Assembly: GCA_965230415.1 (NCBI GenBank)
Contig: CBDDKZ010000003.1
Location: 125,554-189,553 of the forward strand
Length of the DNA stretch: 64,000 nucleotides
DNA from: Cytophagales bacterium
Lineage (GTDB): Bacteria; Bacteroidota; Bacteroidia; Cytophagales; JAAEPT01
Direction: 5' to 3'
The notes under the pieces are model-generated. The model worked only from the letters and a program-made list of their open reading frames with translations, was not told the origin of the DNA and searched no databases. The translations under genes and the position numbers were made by a program. Positions 9,673 to 19,665 of this stretch are shown in pieces (position 1 is the first letter of the stretch; every line of letters begins with the position of its first letter).

Positions 9673-10678
9673 TAGTTATTTGCCGCCCGAATGGGAACAA
9701 CACCGCGCTACCTGGTTGTGTTGGCCTCATGCCACAGACACATGGCCATCAGATGTGATAGGCAGTGTTCATCGTAGTTTTGCTGATTTCATCAAAGTGA
9801 TAACACAAGGGGAGCTGGTAGAACTTATTGTTCAATCCAATGAACATCGCCTACAAGTCGAAAATTTGCTTGAATCCAAAAATATAGTAATGGATAAAGT
9901 GAGGTTTCACACATTGAATACTAATGATTCCTGGATGCGCGATATAGGATGTGATTTTATATATGCAAACAATCGAAAGACTGCCGTGAGTTGGGAGTTC
10001 AATGCATGGGGTGAGAAGTATTTGCCATTCGACCTGGACAATGCCGTGTCCGGTTATATGGCCAATAGTAGCACTTTTCCAAAGATATACCGAAAAATAG
10101 TTTTGGAAGGCGGGTCGTTTGAAGTAAACGGAAACGGAGTGCTGATGACTACAGAAAGTTGTCTCCTAAATGTGAATAGGAACGGGTTTTCAAGGAGTGA
10201 AGCAGAAAAAGTATTGATTGAAAACTTCGGGGTAGAAAAGTTTATCTGGTTAAAAGAAGGGATAATGGGTGATGACACGGATGGGCATATTGACGATGTT
10301 GCTCGTTTTATCAACCAAAATACGATAGTGATAGGGATAGAAGAGGCCGTGTCTGATGAAAATTTTAGCATTTTGAAAAGTAACTATGAGTTATTGCTTC
10401 AAATACGTAATACCTGGTGGCCCGAATTGGAAATAGTTACCATTCCTATGCCTGGCCCTTTGTATTATGATGGGCAAAGAATTCCTGCGAGTTACCTCAA
10501 TTTTTACATAGCCAATGCAGCAATAATAGTACCCGTTTTTGGTGATAACAATGATAGGGTAGCTATCGAAACGCTTAGTGGAATTGTTAAAGACAGGCCT
10601 GTTATTGGTATCGACGCCACTGATGTTGTGGTAGGGCTCGGAAGCTGGCATTGCTTAAGTAAGCATGAATGTAAATGA
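9662..10678 (+). CDS. aguA: Agmatine deiminase
   Basis: PPEWEQH...W, WMRD, GGSFEVNGNGVLMTTE and DGHIDDVARF blocks, with the C-terminal catalytic Cys context GSWHCLS. Overlaps the aguB end by 11 nt. Confidence 0.85.
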   Translation: MKSNSYLPPEWEQHRATWLCWPHATDTWPSDVIGSVHRSFADFIKVITQGELVELIVQSNEHRLQVENLLESKNIVMDKVRFHTLNTNDSWMRDIGCDFIYANNRKTAVSWEFNAWGEKYLPFDLDNAVSGYMANSSTFPKIYRKIVLEGGSFEVNGNGVLMTTESCLLNVNRNGFSRSEAEKVLIENFGVEKFIWLKEGIMGDDTDGHIDDVARFINQNTIVIGIEEAVSDENFSILKSNYELLLQIRNTWWPELEIVTIPMPGPLYYDGQRIPASYLNFYIANAAIIVPVFGDNNDRVAIETLSGIVKDRPVIGIDATDVVVGLGSWHCLSKHECK

Positions 10679-10776
10679 AAAATGTTGATAACTAGAATAC
10701 TCCTGAATCAACAGTATGGATCTTTTTTTATAAATTGTACACACTTCTAAGGCTGAAGCAATTCAAAAATATTTCA

Positions 10777-11571
10777 ATGCAACAATACCTCGATTTATGC
10801 AAACATATCATGGATAATGGTGTGTTTAAAGGAGATAGGACCGGTACAGGTACAAAAAGTGTGTTTGGTTATCAAATGAGATTTAATTTGGAAGAAGGTT
10901 TTCCTTGCCTTACCACTAAAAAATTGCATCTCCGTTCTATTATTCATGAGTTATTGTGGTTTTTGAAAGGTGACACCAATATAGCCTATCTAAAGGAAAA
11001 TAAAGTGTCTATTTGGGATGAATGGGCTGATGAAAACGGAGATTTGGGACCTGTGTATGGTTATCAGTGGAGAAGTTGGCCAACAAGAGATGGTGGGGCT
11101 GTAGATCAAATAGGAAAATTAATAGATCAAATTAAGAATAACCCCGATTCCAGAAGGTTAATTGTGAGTGCGTGGAATGTGGAGTTTATTGATAACATGG
11201 CATTGCCTCCATGCCATTCGCTATTTCAATTTTATGTGGCAGAAGGAAAACTTTCGTGCCAGCTTTACCAGAGAAGTGCCGATGTTTTTTTAGGTGTGCC
11301 ATTCAATATTGCAAGTTATGCACTATTAACCATGATGGTAGCTCAGGTAACAGGACTAAAAGCCTATGAATTTGTGCACACTTTTGGAGATGCACATATT
11401 TACTCCAATCATTTTGATCAGGTGAATCTGCAAATGACTCGTGACCCGAGACCTTTACCTCAAATGAAAATTAATTCGGATGTACGCTCTTTATTCGATT
11501 TTAAATTTGAAGATTTCGAGCTGGTAAACTACGATCCGCATCCGCATATTAAAGGGAAAGTAGCAGTATAA
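10777..11571 (+). CDS. thyA: Thymidylate synthase (ThyA)
   Basis: MQQYLDL...GDRTGTGT, WRxW, the catalytic-Cys block LPPCH and DAHIY. 264 aa from ATG 10777. The 14-codon TTG extension in the ORF track (10735) is probably not translated. Confidence 0.95.
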   Translation: MQQYLDLCKHIMDNGVFKGDRTGTGTKSVFGYQMRFNLEEGFPCLTTKKLHLRSIIHELLWFLKGDTNIAYLKENKVSIWDEWADENGDLGPVYGYQWRSWPTRDGGAVDQIGKLIDQIKNNPDSRRLIVSAWNVEFIDNMALPPCHSLFQFYVAEGKLSCQLYQRSADVFLGVPFNIASYALLTMMVAQVTGLKAYEFVHTFGDAHIYSNHFDQVNLQMTRDPRPLPQMKINSDVRSLFDFKFEDFELVNYDPHPHIKGKVAV

Positions 11572-11577
11572 ACCCTT

Positions 11578-12387
11578 TTAGTATATAGCTTCCCTCAGTT
11601 GATTAGTGAACTGTTGACCATTTTTGAATCGGTGGTTCTCTATTTGACTTATATCTGCAATGTAAAGGGCATTACATATGAAGATAAAGTCTGCTCGAAG
11701 TAATTCTTGAGGTGTAAACAATCCTTCTGTGCATACACTTCCGTTTTTTGACAGATATTTAATGATTCGAGCTCTTGCCGTGCCTTCTATGCATCCACTT
11801 TTAAGCGATGGTGTGTATATTCTTTTATCGATACTCCAAAAGATATTAGAATGAAGCGTTTCACTGATTTTACCATTTATATCGAGAATGATTACATCTT
11901 CCAGCTTGTGTTGTTTTCTGAAAAGCCCTGCATGAATGTAATTCATAGAACTAGTCGATTTAAAACCAGACATAAGATGATAATAATTGGGTATTGCATC
12001 ATAGAATTTGATCTTATCCCTCGTTAAAGCTGGTTTTCCTGTAGCGGAAGCCCTTATTAAATATTCAAACGAAGATGATTCGGGAGTATATAAGCCTGTA
12101 CCCGCTCTCCATAAAAGCATTTTTAAGCGGCCATTTTCAAGGTCGTTTTGATTAAGTACTTCCAAACAATTATGTAGTAATAGCTCCGGAGTGTCGGGTG
12201 ATAAATCAATGCCCAGCATTTTACAGCCGCGTTCTAAGCGGTCATAATGTTGGTCGAAAAATGGTAGTCGACCATTCTTAAATGCGATGGTTTCAAATAA
12301 TCCGTCGCCATAATTTAATTGCCTGTTGTGTACGGGGATTTCAATAGAACTGGAATCGTGTAACTGACCATTAAGTATTAACCGCAT
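11578..12387 (-). CDS. Class IV (D-amino acid/branched-chain) aminotransferase-fold protein, aminodeoxychorismate lyase-like
   Basis: 269 aa. N-terminal YGDGLFET block and overall length fit PabC-type fold-type IV PLP enzymes. Substrate cannot be read from the sequence. Confidence 0.6.
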   Translation of the reverse strand: MRLILNGQLHDSSSIEIPVHNRQLNYGDGLFETIAFKNGRLPFFDQHYDRLERGCKMLGIDLSPDTPELLLHNCLEVLNQNDLENGRLKMLLWRAGTGLYTPESSSFEYLIRASATGKPALTRDKIKFYDAIPNYYHLMSGFKSTSSMNYIHAGLFRKQHKLEDVIILDINGKISETLHSNIFWSIDKRIYTPSLKSGCIEGTARARIIKYLSKNGSVCTEGLFTPQELLRADFIFICNALYIADISQIENHRFKNGQQFTNQLREAIY

Positions 12388-12451
12388 AGTAAAAGCAGAA
12401 TTTTATTTAAGAATGTTCTCGAAATAACTAAATTTGAGACTCAATTAAAAT

Positions 12452-13471
12452 ATGACACCAATATTAAATAAGCAAAATGCCAAATCTATTGTCTCTGTAA
12501 TTGGTGATGGTAGCTGGCCGACAGCCCTTATAAAGGTACTTTTAGAGAATCAGGTGAAGATCAGATGGTGGGTACGTCTCAGGGATAATGTAAAGTATAT
12601 TAGAAATTTTGGGTACAACCCGGATTATTTAACAAGTGTATCTATTCCCAGAAGAAAGGTAAGAACTAGTTGGAGGATTAGTAAAATGGTAGATGGTTCG
12701 GAATATGTAATATTAGCTGTTCCTGCTGCATATATCAAAGAAGTATTAGATCAGCTAGATGAGGATGCTTTTCAAGGTAAAAAGGTAATTACAGCTATAA
12801 AAGGGATGATTCCCGGAGATAATATTCTGGTAACAGACTATGTTCAGCAAAAGTTTAACGTTCCAGACGATAAATTAGCGATAATATCGGGGCCTTGTCA
12901 TGCCGAAGAAGTTGCTATGGGCAGGCAGTCATATCTTACAATTGGTAGTGAAAATGAAGACTTGGCAGCAGATGTTGCCAAGTTGTTTGATTGCAGGTAC
13001 GTAAATGTGTCGTGTTTAAGAGACCTTCGTGGTATTGAATTTGCCGCTGTTATGAAGAATATTGTAGCCCTGGCATGTGGTATCACCCATGGATTGAACT
13101 ATGGAGATAACTTTCAGGCGGTATTGGTATCAAATGCGATGCAGGAGATTAAACGTTTTTTAGATGGAACGTGTCCTGCGGATAGAGATTTAAATCAATC
13201 TGCTTATCTGGGAGATCTATTGGTAACCTCTTATTCACAGTTTAGCAGGAACAGAACATTTGGCAATATGATAGGTCGCGGGTATACTGTAAAATCTACG
13301 ATGATGGAAATGAAAATGGTTGCAGAAGGCTATTATGCTGTGGAAAGCATCCATAAATTGCTTGCTGAAAACGATGTGCATATGCCTATTTGTCAAGCTG
13401 TTTATAACATTCTTTATGAGAAAATTGCACCGGCGGTAGAAATACAATTATTACGCGGTAAGATGAAATAA
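12452..13471 (+). CDS. gpsA: NAD(P)H-dependent glycerol-3-phosphate dehydrogenase
   Basis: N-terminal dinucleotide fold VIGDGSWPTAL, SGPCHAEEV and KNIVALACGI blocks typical of GpsA. Confidence 0.9.
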   Translation: MTPILNKQNAKSIVSVIGDGSWPTALIKVLLENQVKIRWWVRLRDNVKYIRNFGYNPDYLTSVSIPRRKVRTSWRISKMVDGSEYVILAVPAAYIKEVLDQLDEDAFQGKKVITAIKGMIPGDNILVTDYVQQKFNVPDDKLAIISGPCHAEEVAMGRQSYLTIGSENEDLAADVAKLFDCRYVNVSCLRDLRGIEFAAVMKNIVALACGITHGLNYGDNFQAVLVSNAMQEIKRFLDGTCPADRDLNQSAYLGDLLVTSYSQFSRNRTFGNMIGRGYTVKSTMMEMKMVAEGYYAVESIHKLLAENDVHMPICQAVYNILYEKIAPAVEIQLLRGKMK

Positions 13472-13485
13472 TTGAAGATTTTTGT

Positions 13486-14082
13486 CTACATCAGTTCCTG
13501 GACGAAATCTTTCAACTGGCTGTATAGCTCACAAGTTGGTAACCCGATGACGTTATTGTACGATCCGTTAATTTTTTTTACAGCACGAGCCCCTATCCAT
13601 TCCTGAATGCCATATGCACCAGCCTTATCCATTGGGGCGTATTGTCCTATATAATAATCAATTTCATCGTCGTGAAGTTGAGCAAATTCTACTTCTGTTA
13701 TAACACCAAAAGTTTTTGAATTTTCCTGGTTTCTCATACAGCACCCAGTAGCTACATAGTGTAAAGATCCGGAGAGTTGTTTAAGAATCACTTTTGCGTG
13801 ATCTATATCTTTTGGCTTACCTATAATCTCATTGTCGTGAATTACTACGGTATCTGAAGTGATGAATATCACTTCATTATTGATGTGTTCTGATGGTATT
13901 TGTAAAGCCTTTTGCTGAGCTATGTAGATGGGAACATCAAATAGCTCCAAGTCATCAGGGAAATCTTCTGCAAAGTCAAATTTCTGAATGGTAAATTCGA
14001 ATCCCAATTCTTTCAAAAGCATACTTCTGCGAGGGGAAGAAGATGCGAGTACTAATTTGTAGTTGGAATCAAAAACGGCCAT
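13486..14082 (-). CDS. maf: Maf-like nucleoside triphosphate pyrophosphatase
   Basis: LASSSPRRSMLL near the N-terminus and DKAGAYGIQ near the C-terminus. 198 aa. Confidence 0.9.
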   Translation of the reverse strand: MAVFDSNYKLVLASSSPRRSMLLKELGFEFTIQKFDFAEDFPDDLELFDVPIYIAQQKALQIPSEHINNEVIFITSDTVVIHDNEIIGKPKDIDHAKVILKQLSGSLHYVATGCCMRNQENSKTFGVITEVEFAQLHDDEIDYYIGQYAPMDKAGAYGIQEWIGARAVKKINGSYNNVIGLPTCELYSQLKDFVQELM

Positions 14083-14089
14083 TTAGCCT

Positions 14090-15295
14090 TTATTTTTCAG
14101 AGGTTTTTCCCGGACGGTAATCACTACAATATTTACTAACGTAATGTCCTGCTTCTTTATCGCCAAGTTCTTTGCCTTTCAAAAAATCAGCACATGCCTC
14201 ATCTCTACGTCCAAGTTCATAATAGGTGAGTCCACGATAAATAAAACTATCTGCATGTTTGTGATCATCTTCTTGTTCTATCAGTTTGTTGAAGATGGTG
14301 AGCGCATCCTTGTAATCCTGAAATTCATAATTGATAACAGCAACCTGGTATTCTGCGGCTTCAAAGGTAGAGTCCATTTTCAGGATTTCTTTTAATTCTT
14401 TTAATGCAATTTCTTCAAAACCGTAATGGTAATTGCACATGGCTTTTAGGTAATGTGCTTCAAGGTCATCAGGTTTAATAGTAAGTGCGTGTTTAAAGTC
14501 AGCAATAGCACCAACAAAATCGCGTAATTCCATCTTAACTTCCCCTCTATCAAAATAGGCAGCCTCTAAATCCGGATTTAACTGCAAAGCCATATCATAG
14601 TCTGCAAGTGCTTTTTGCATCAGTTTTTTGTGGTGCTTAAAATTAGGGTCTATTCCTTCGTGAAAGTAAGAGTTGGCACGTTGAAAATAAGCATCCGAAT
14701 AACTGTCGTCTTTTTCAATAACTTTGGTGAAATCTTCGATGGCAATATCGTAGTGTTCCATTACATATTCCACCCTACCTTTGTTAAAAAGGTAATCGAT
14801 ATTGTCTGGCTCAAGCTCTAATGCCTTTCGTATATCTTGAATTGCCTGAGATAGTTCTTTTTTCTTAAGATTACTCTGACCGCGTAAATAGAAGGCCTTG
14901 GCGTTGTTGGGGTCAGCTTTTATGACGTGATTAAAGTTTTCTATGGAGCCATTGTAATCTTGTCTTTCAAATTTTATCTGTCCCAATTCGAAATGGGCGT
15001 CATTCTTAAACTTACCATTGATCTCGGTAACTTTGTTTAAATCTTTTACTGCTCTTTCTGTGTTATCAAAATGAAGTTCAATAAGCGCTCGTTGATAGTA
15101 ACTGGGGGCATGATTGGGGGCTTCTTTTATAATCTCATCGAACAGTTTTTTTGCCTCAACTCTTCTCAATCTTTTAATCAGGTCGATGGCGCGTTCATAT
15201 TTTGATTCAATATCATCACCCGCATAGCTATGGATTGAAGTTATCAGACACATGATGATCAAAAATGGAAGAACAAATAACTTGGCGTTTTTCAT
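14090..15295 (-). CDS. Secreted tetratricopeptide-repeat protein
   Basis: Signal peptide (MKNAKLFVLPFLIIMCLITSIHSYA) followed by roughly ten 34-aa repeats with the A..Y..RG/A...P pattern. Confidence 0.8.
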   Translation of the reverse strand: MKNAKLFVLPFLIIMCLITSIHSYAGDDIESKYERAIDLIKRLRRVEAKKLFDEIIKEAPNHAPSYYQRALIELHFDNTERAVKDLNKVTEINGKFKNDAHFELGQIKFERQDYNGSIENFNHVIKADPNNAKAFYLRGQSNLKKKELSQAIQDIRKALELEPDNIDYLFNKGRVEYVMEHYDIAIEDFTKVIEKDDSYSDAYFQRANSYFHEGIDPNFKHHKKLMQKALADYDMALQLNPDLEAAYFDRGEVKMELRDFVGAIADFKHALTIKPDDLEAHYLKAMCNYHYGFEEIALKELKEILKMDSTFEAAEYQVAVINYEFQDYKDALTIFNKLIEQEDDHKHADSFIYRGLTYYELGRRDEACADFLKGKELGDKEAGHYVSKYCSDYRPGKTSEK

Positions 15296-15330
15296 AGTGT
15301 TGACTAATTTAAATGGTTAATTTACATTTT

Positions 15331-16473
15331 TTAAACTTCACAAGCAATATCACTCATTAAAAAACCACTGACTATTTTCGGGTAAAAGTAAGTGGATTTT
15401 TCAGCTAAAACCATATTATCAGAGATAATTTCTTCAATTTGTTTCATGGTATAACCAGGAAGCATGCAAGCGATATATCCTTCTTTTAGGAATTCGACTG
15501 CTTTTTCCCAATGATTGGCATATGTTAATGAAACTGGCATATCTAATGAGTGTTCAAAAACCTTGCCAATTACTTCGTCAACAAAACATTGGTGCTGTGA
15601 TTGATAGTTTGACCAATCGCATTTACATTCATAGCTGATAGTATCAGTAATAATATGAAAACTGTCTTCATTTCTTGTTGGTGGGGTTTTTATCTCAAGA
15701 GCTATTGTATCAAATACCGATTGAAGTTTAGCTCTCCAATCACGGTCTTTTAAGGGTTTAAATAATCTGATGAAAGGTCTGATTGTTGGTGGGTGGAAGT
15801 GGTAATTGGATAAGAATATAAGGTGGTTTATTTCTTGCCCTCTCTCTTTCGCTAATTTTTGCGAAGCAGCCAATCGGTGATGTCCATCGGCAAGGATTAT
15901 TCGTTTATTTAGCATCAATTGCTCTATTTTACCAATGACAGTGTCGTCTGATAACATCCCCAATTCATGTATAACTTTGTATTCGTCGGTATATTTAATG
16001 ATTGGGTTTACGAGAGATTTTGCCAGTTCCTCCTCAATAAAGTTATTGTCATCTTTGTACAAACCGAAAGTAGGTAAGGTATTGTGTCCGGTAATTTCCA
16101 GTAGCTTTTTTTTCTCTTCCACATATTTCTCAATAACCGCTTCATGCCCTTTTAACCGATCAGTAATTTGAGGAACCACTATGTGACAAAAAAAACCTGT
16201 CCTCGTTTTTTGTTCCAATGAGATGGGGTGTGTGTAAGTTTGCCTGTAACTATAAAACGAAGGAGTGTCTGTCTCAATTAAACAATTTTTTTTGATAGTT
16301 TCCAATGACTTTTGGAGGAGTGAATAGTTTTGCGGGTAGGAGAGGTGTATACTATTCAAAGGATGTTTATACAATTGATGTGAACGGGTGCATTCCAGGG
16401 AGTCAAGTGGAGCGTATACAAAGTTTTCTACCTGGTTAGTTTTGCAAAGTAAGGCTTTTAAAGGTTTGATCAT
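15331..16473 (-). CDS. DUF1015-family protein (unknown function)
   Basis: 380 aa containing the ILADGHHR block that I associate with DUF1015. It starts 12 nt after the accC stop on the same strand. Confidence 0.6.
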   Translation of the reverse strand: MIKPLKALLCKTNQVENFVYAPLDSLECTRSHQLYKHPLNSIHLSYPQNYSLLQKSLETIKKNCLIETDTPSFYSYRQTYTHPISLEQKTRTGFFCHIVVPQITDRLKGHEAVIEKYVEEKKKLLEITGHNTLPTFGLYKDDNNFIEEELAKSLVNPIIKYTDEYKVIHELGMLSDDTVIGKIEQLMLNKRIILADGHHRLAASQKLAKERGQEINHLIFLSNYHFHPPTIRPFIRLFKPLKDRDWRAKLQSVFDTIALEIKTPPTRNEDSFHIITDTISYECKCDWSNYQSQHQCFVDEVIGKVFEHSLDMPVSLTYANHWEKAVEFLKEGYIACMLPGYTMKQIEEIISDNMVLAEKSTYFYPKIVSGFLMSDIACEV

Positions 16474-16485
16474 GTCAGTGTTATC

Positions 16486-17895
16486 CTAAGCGTTTAGGTG
16501 AGCGACAAAGGCCGCAGCGTCATCTTCATTATCGTAATTTTGATCAGGATTCACAAAGAAATTTTCAGTGAAATGCGTGTCGTACTCACCGTTCACAAAC
16601 GCAGCATGGTTTAAAACAAAACTCCCGAAGGGTACGGTAGTATGAATACCGGAAATATGATAATCACTCAATGCCAGCTTTAAGCGGCTTATCACTTCTT
16701 TTCTGGATGCTGCCCAGCAAGCTATTTTCGCCAACATAGGATCATAGTAGGTACTTACTTCACAACCTTGATAAACGCCATTGTCGATTCTGATACCTGG
16801 CCCTGTGGGAATTTCATAGTAATTGATCACACCTGAGTCGGGCAGGAAATTATTGGCAGGGTCTTCTGCGTAAACCCTTAATTCGATCGCGTGTCCATTT
16901 ATTTTCAAGTCTTCCTGATTAACAGATAAAGGCATGTTCATGGCGATTTTAAGTTGCTCCTTAACGAGGTCTATGCCTGTAATTAGCTCAGTAATGGGAT
17001 GTTCTACCTGAAGGCGCGTATTCATTTCAAGGAAGTAGAAATTTCGTTGGTCGTCCATGATAAATTCTACTGTGCCCGCGCCTACATAATCGCACGATTT
17101 GGCAACGGCGATGGCTGCTTTACCCATTTCATGCCTCAGTTGATTGTCGAGTAATGTTGATGGCGCTTCTTCAAGCACTTTTTGGTGCCTGCGTTGAATC
17201 GAACACTCTCTTTCGAACAGGTGGATGGTGTTCCCATGATGATCTGCCAAAATTTGAAATTCAATATGCCGGGGTGAAGTGATATATTTTTCAATGAAAA
17301 CATCCGCATTTCCAAAAGCAGAGTTGGCTTCGCTGGAAGCGCGTTGCAGGCTCTCTTCCAAATCGGCTTCCTGATGCACTATGCGCATCCCTTTACCACC
17401 TCCACCTGCTGTAGCTTTGAGGAGAATAGGGTATCCTATTTTCTGTGCTTCGTTTCTAGCTTCTTCCAGCGATTGCACAGCGTGCGCTGTGCCCGGAACC
17501 AATGGTACGTCGTCTTTTTGTACCGCCTTCTTAGCCGATATTTTGTCGCCCATGGTAGCGATTGATGAGGGCGAAGGTCCGACAAAGATGATACCGTTCG
17601 AATTAACCATCTCGGCAAAAACGGCATTTTCAGAAAGAAAACCATACCCCGGATGAATAGCATCGGCATTTAATTCTTTGGCCACTTCAATGATCTTCTT
17701 CATATTAAGATAAGATTCATTGGCAGGGGCATTGCCTATATTGACAGCCACGTCTGCTCTGCGAACATGTAAACTGAGACGGTCCGGATCGCTGAAGACG
17801 GCAATTGTTCTAATACCCATCTCTTTTGCGCTCTGAATGATTCGTACGGCAATTTCGCCTCTATTGGCAATTAACAAGGTTTTGATTGAGCTCAT
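16486..17895 (-). CDS. accC: Biotin carboxylase (ATP-grasp), acetyl-CoA carboxylase-type subunit
   Basis: LIANRGEIA, HPGYGFLSEN, GGGGKGMR and EMNTRLQVEHP blocks. 469 aa with an acidic C-terminal extension of about 20 aa. No BCCP or carboxyltransferase gene is adjacent. Confidence 0.9.
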   Translation of the reverse strand: MSSIKTLLIANRGEIAVRIIQSAKEMGIRTIAVFSDPDRLSLHVRRADVAVNIGNAPANESYLNMKKIIEVAKELNADAIHPGYGFLSENAVFAEMVNSNGIIFVGPSPSSIATMGDKISAKKAVQKDDVPLVPGTAHAVQSLEEARNEAQKIGYPILLKATAGGGGKGMRIVHQEADLEESLQRASSEANSAFGNADVFIEKYITSPRHIEFQILADHHGNTIHLFERECSIQRRHQKVLEEAPSTLLDNQLRHEMGKAAIAVAKSCDYVGAGTVEFIMDDQRNFYFLEMNTRLQVEHPITELITGIDLVKEQLKIAMNMPLSVNQEDLKINGHAIELRVYAEDPANNFLPDSGVINYYEIPTGPGIRIDNGVYQGCEVSTYYDPMLAKIACWAASRKEVISRLKLALSDYHISGIHTTVPFGSFVLNHAAFVNGEYDTHFTENFFVNPDQNYDNEDDAAAFVAHLNA

Positions 17896-18007
17896 ATGGT
17901 AAAGATATGTATAATAAAACAGACTCGGTATGTTATTTGAGACGAAAAAAAGATGAAAAAGATACTACGATCTATAAGAAATGTGGATTATTTTAAAATT
18001 AAGGTGT

Positions 18008-18037
18008 TTTGACTTGAAAGTTAATTTAGTATCTTTG
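18008..18037 (+). promoter_or_regulatory. Bacteroidota sigma-A-type promoter candidate for the alpha-oxoamine synthase gene
   Basis: TTTG at 18008-18011 and TATCTTTG (TAnnTTTG) at 18030-18037, spaced 18 nt apart, about 40 nt upstream of the TTG start at 18078. Confidence 0.4.
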
Positions 18038-18077
18038 CTGCGGTTATTTGGATCTCACTTAACTAAAACTTACTGTA

Positions 18078-19325
18078 TTGGATCTATTTGAAAAATTACT
18101 AGTTGACCGAGGACCTCTCGGTAAGCACTCTCAAGTTGCACATGGTTATTTTATGTTTCCCAAATTAGAAGGGGAAATCGAACCTACAATGACCTTTCGG
18201 GGAAAAGAGGTCTTAACATGGAGTTTGAATAATTACATTGGTCTGGCAAATCATCCAGAGGTTCGCAAAGCGGATACTCAAGGTACCGAACGATGGGGGC
18301 TTGCGTATCCCATGGGGGCGCGTATGATGTCAGGGAATAGTAATTTGCACGAGAAACTTGAGGAAGAGTTATCAAAATTTGTGGGTAAAGAGGATACTAT
18401 CCTTTTAAATTATGGCTATCAGGGTATCATGTCAGCAATTGATGCTTTGGTAGATAGAAAAGATGTAATTGTATATGATGCTGAGAGCCACGCTTGTATT
18501 ATTGATGGTGTAAGACTGCATCAAGGTAAGCGCTTTGTGTTCCCTCACAATAATATCAAGAATTTAGAAAAGCAATTAGAGCGAGCTACAAAAATAGTTA
18601 ATGAAACCGGAGGAGCTATTTTGGTGATAACAGAAGGTGTATTCGGTATGTCTGGAAACATGGGGGATTTGAAGTCCATTGTGGCTTTGAAATCCAAGTT
18701 TAATTTCAGACTCATGGTAGATGATGCACATGGGTTTGGTACTATGGGTAAGAATGGTGCCGGTACCGGTGAAGAGCAAGGAGTGCAGGACGAAATTGAT
18801 ATCTATTTCTCAACCTTTGCAAAATCTATGGCGTGTATTGGTGCTTTCATTTCCAGCCAGGAACAGGTTGTAGAATATTTACGCTATAATACAAGATCTC
18901 AAATATTTGCCAAGTCGTTGCCTATGCCTTTGGTAGAGGGACTACTCAAGCGACTGGAACTATTGCAAACAAAACCAGAGCTTAGAGAGAATCTGTGGAC
19001 TATTGTGGAAGCGCTACAAAAGGGTCTGAAGGAAAAAGGTTTTAATATTGGAGCTACCAAATCACCGGTTACACCGGTCTTCTTGAACGGTACATCCAAT
19101 GAAGCCGTACGCATGATAATGGATCTCAGAGAAAATTATGGGGTATTTTGTTCGATTGTTGTGTACCCTGTTGTGCCTAAGGGAGTTGTGATGTTGAGGC
19201 TTATACCAACAGCACAACATACAATGGAAGATGTGGAGAAAACGATAAACGCTTTCGAAGAAATTTCGTACAAGCTGAAAGATGGTGGATATAATGAGAC
19301 TTTTGCAAATCTAACAGTCGATTAA
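18078..19325 (+). CDS. PLP-dependent alpha-oxoamine synthase (serine palmitoyltransferase / cysteate-fatty-acyltransferase / Kbl-BioF family)
   Basis: 415 aa. NNYIGLANHPEV, DDAHGFG and the STFAKS PLP-lysine context. The N-terminal region (HGYFMFPKLEGEIEPTMTFRGKEVLTW) looks more SPT-like than Kbl- or BioF-like. TTG start is assumed because there is no upstream ATG. Confidence 0.8.
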   Translation: MDLFEKLLVDRGPLGKHSQVAHGYFMFPKLEGEIEPTMTFRGKEVLTWSLNNYIGLANHPEVRKADTQGTERWGLAYPMGARMMSGNSNLHEKLEEELSKFVGKEDTILLNYGYQGIMSAIDALVDRKDVIVYDAESHACIIDGVRLHQGKRFVFPHNNIKNLEKQLERATKIVNETGGAILVITEGVFGMSGNMGDLKSIVALKSKFNFRLMVDDAHGFGTMGKNGAGTGEEQGVQDEIDIYFSTFAKSMACIGAFISSQEQVVEYLRYNTRSQIFAKSLPMPLVEGLLKRLELLQTKPELRENLWTIVEALQKGLKEKGFNIGATKSPVTPVFLNGTSNEAVRMIMDLRENYGVFCSIVVYPVVPKGVVMLRLIPTAQHTMEDVEKTINAFEEISYKLKDGGYNETFANLTVD

Positions 19326-19434
19326 CGGCTTGATTCGATGAAAAATTGTGTTTCTGGGTTTGCATAGTGTATTTAAATTACTATCTTAGTCGAGAGGAAT
19401 TAATTGTTGTTAACCATTTAAATATTAATTTAGA

Positions 19435-19611
19435 ATGAAAAGATTCGAAGAAATCAAAGAGCTAATCATGTCTTTGGAAGGTGATTTTACTAAGTTCTAT
19501 GACAAGAAAAATCAAGCAGCTGGTACTAGAGTTCGTAAAGGAATGCAAGAACTTAAGAACATAGCTCAAGATATTCGTGTTGAAGTTCAAGATATCAAGA
19601 ACCAAGGATAA
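19435..19611 (+). CDS. Histone H1/Hc1-like small basic DNA-binding protein (58 aa)
   Basis: Absent from the ORF track because it is under 60 aa. Sequence is MKRFEEIKELIMSLEGDFTKFYDKKNQAAGTRVRKGMQELKNIAQDIRVEVQDIKNQG. The AAGTRxRK.MQE.K..AQ..R core matches the short proteins annotated histone H1 in Bacteroidota. Its own terminator follows. Confidence 0.65.
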   Translation: MKRFEEIKELIMSLEGDFTKFYDKKNQAAGTRVRKGMQELKNIAQDIRVEVQDIKNQG

Positions 19612-19665
19612 TCAAATATACTTTTAATAGAATATTATACCAACCAAATAGCAGAATTTTAATAG

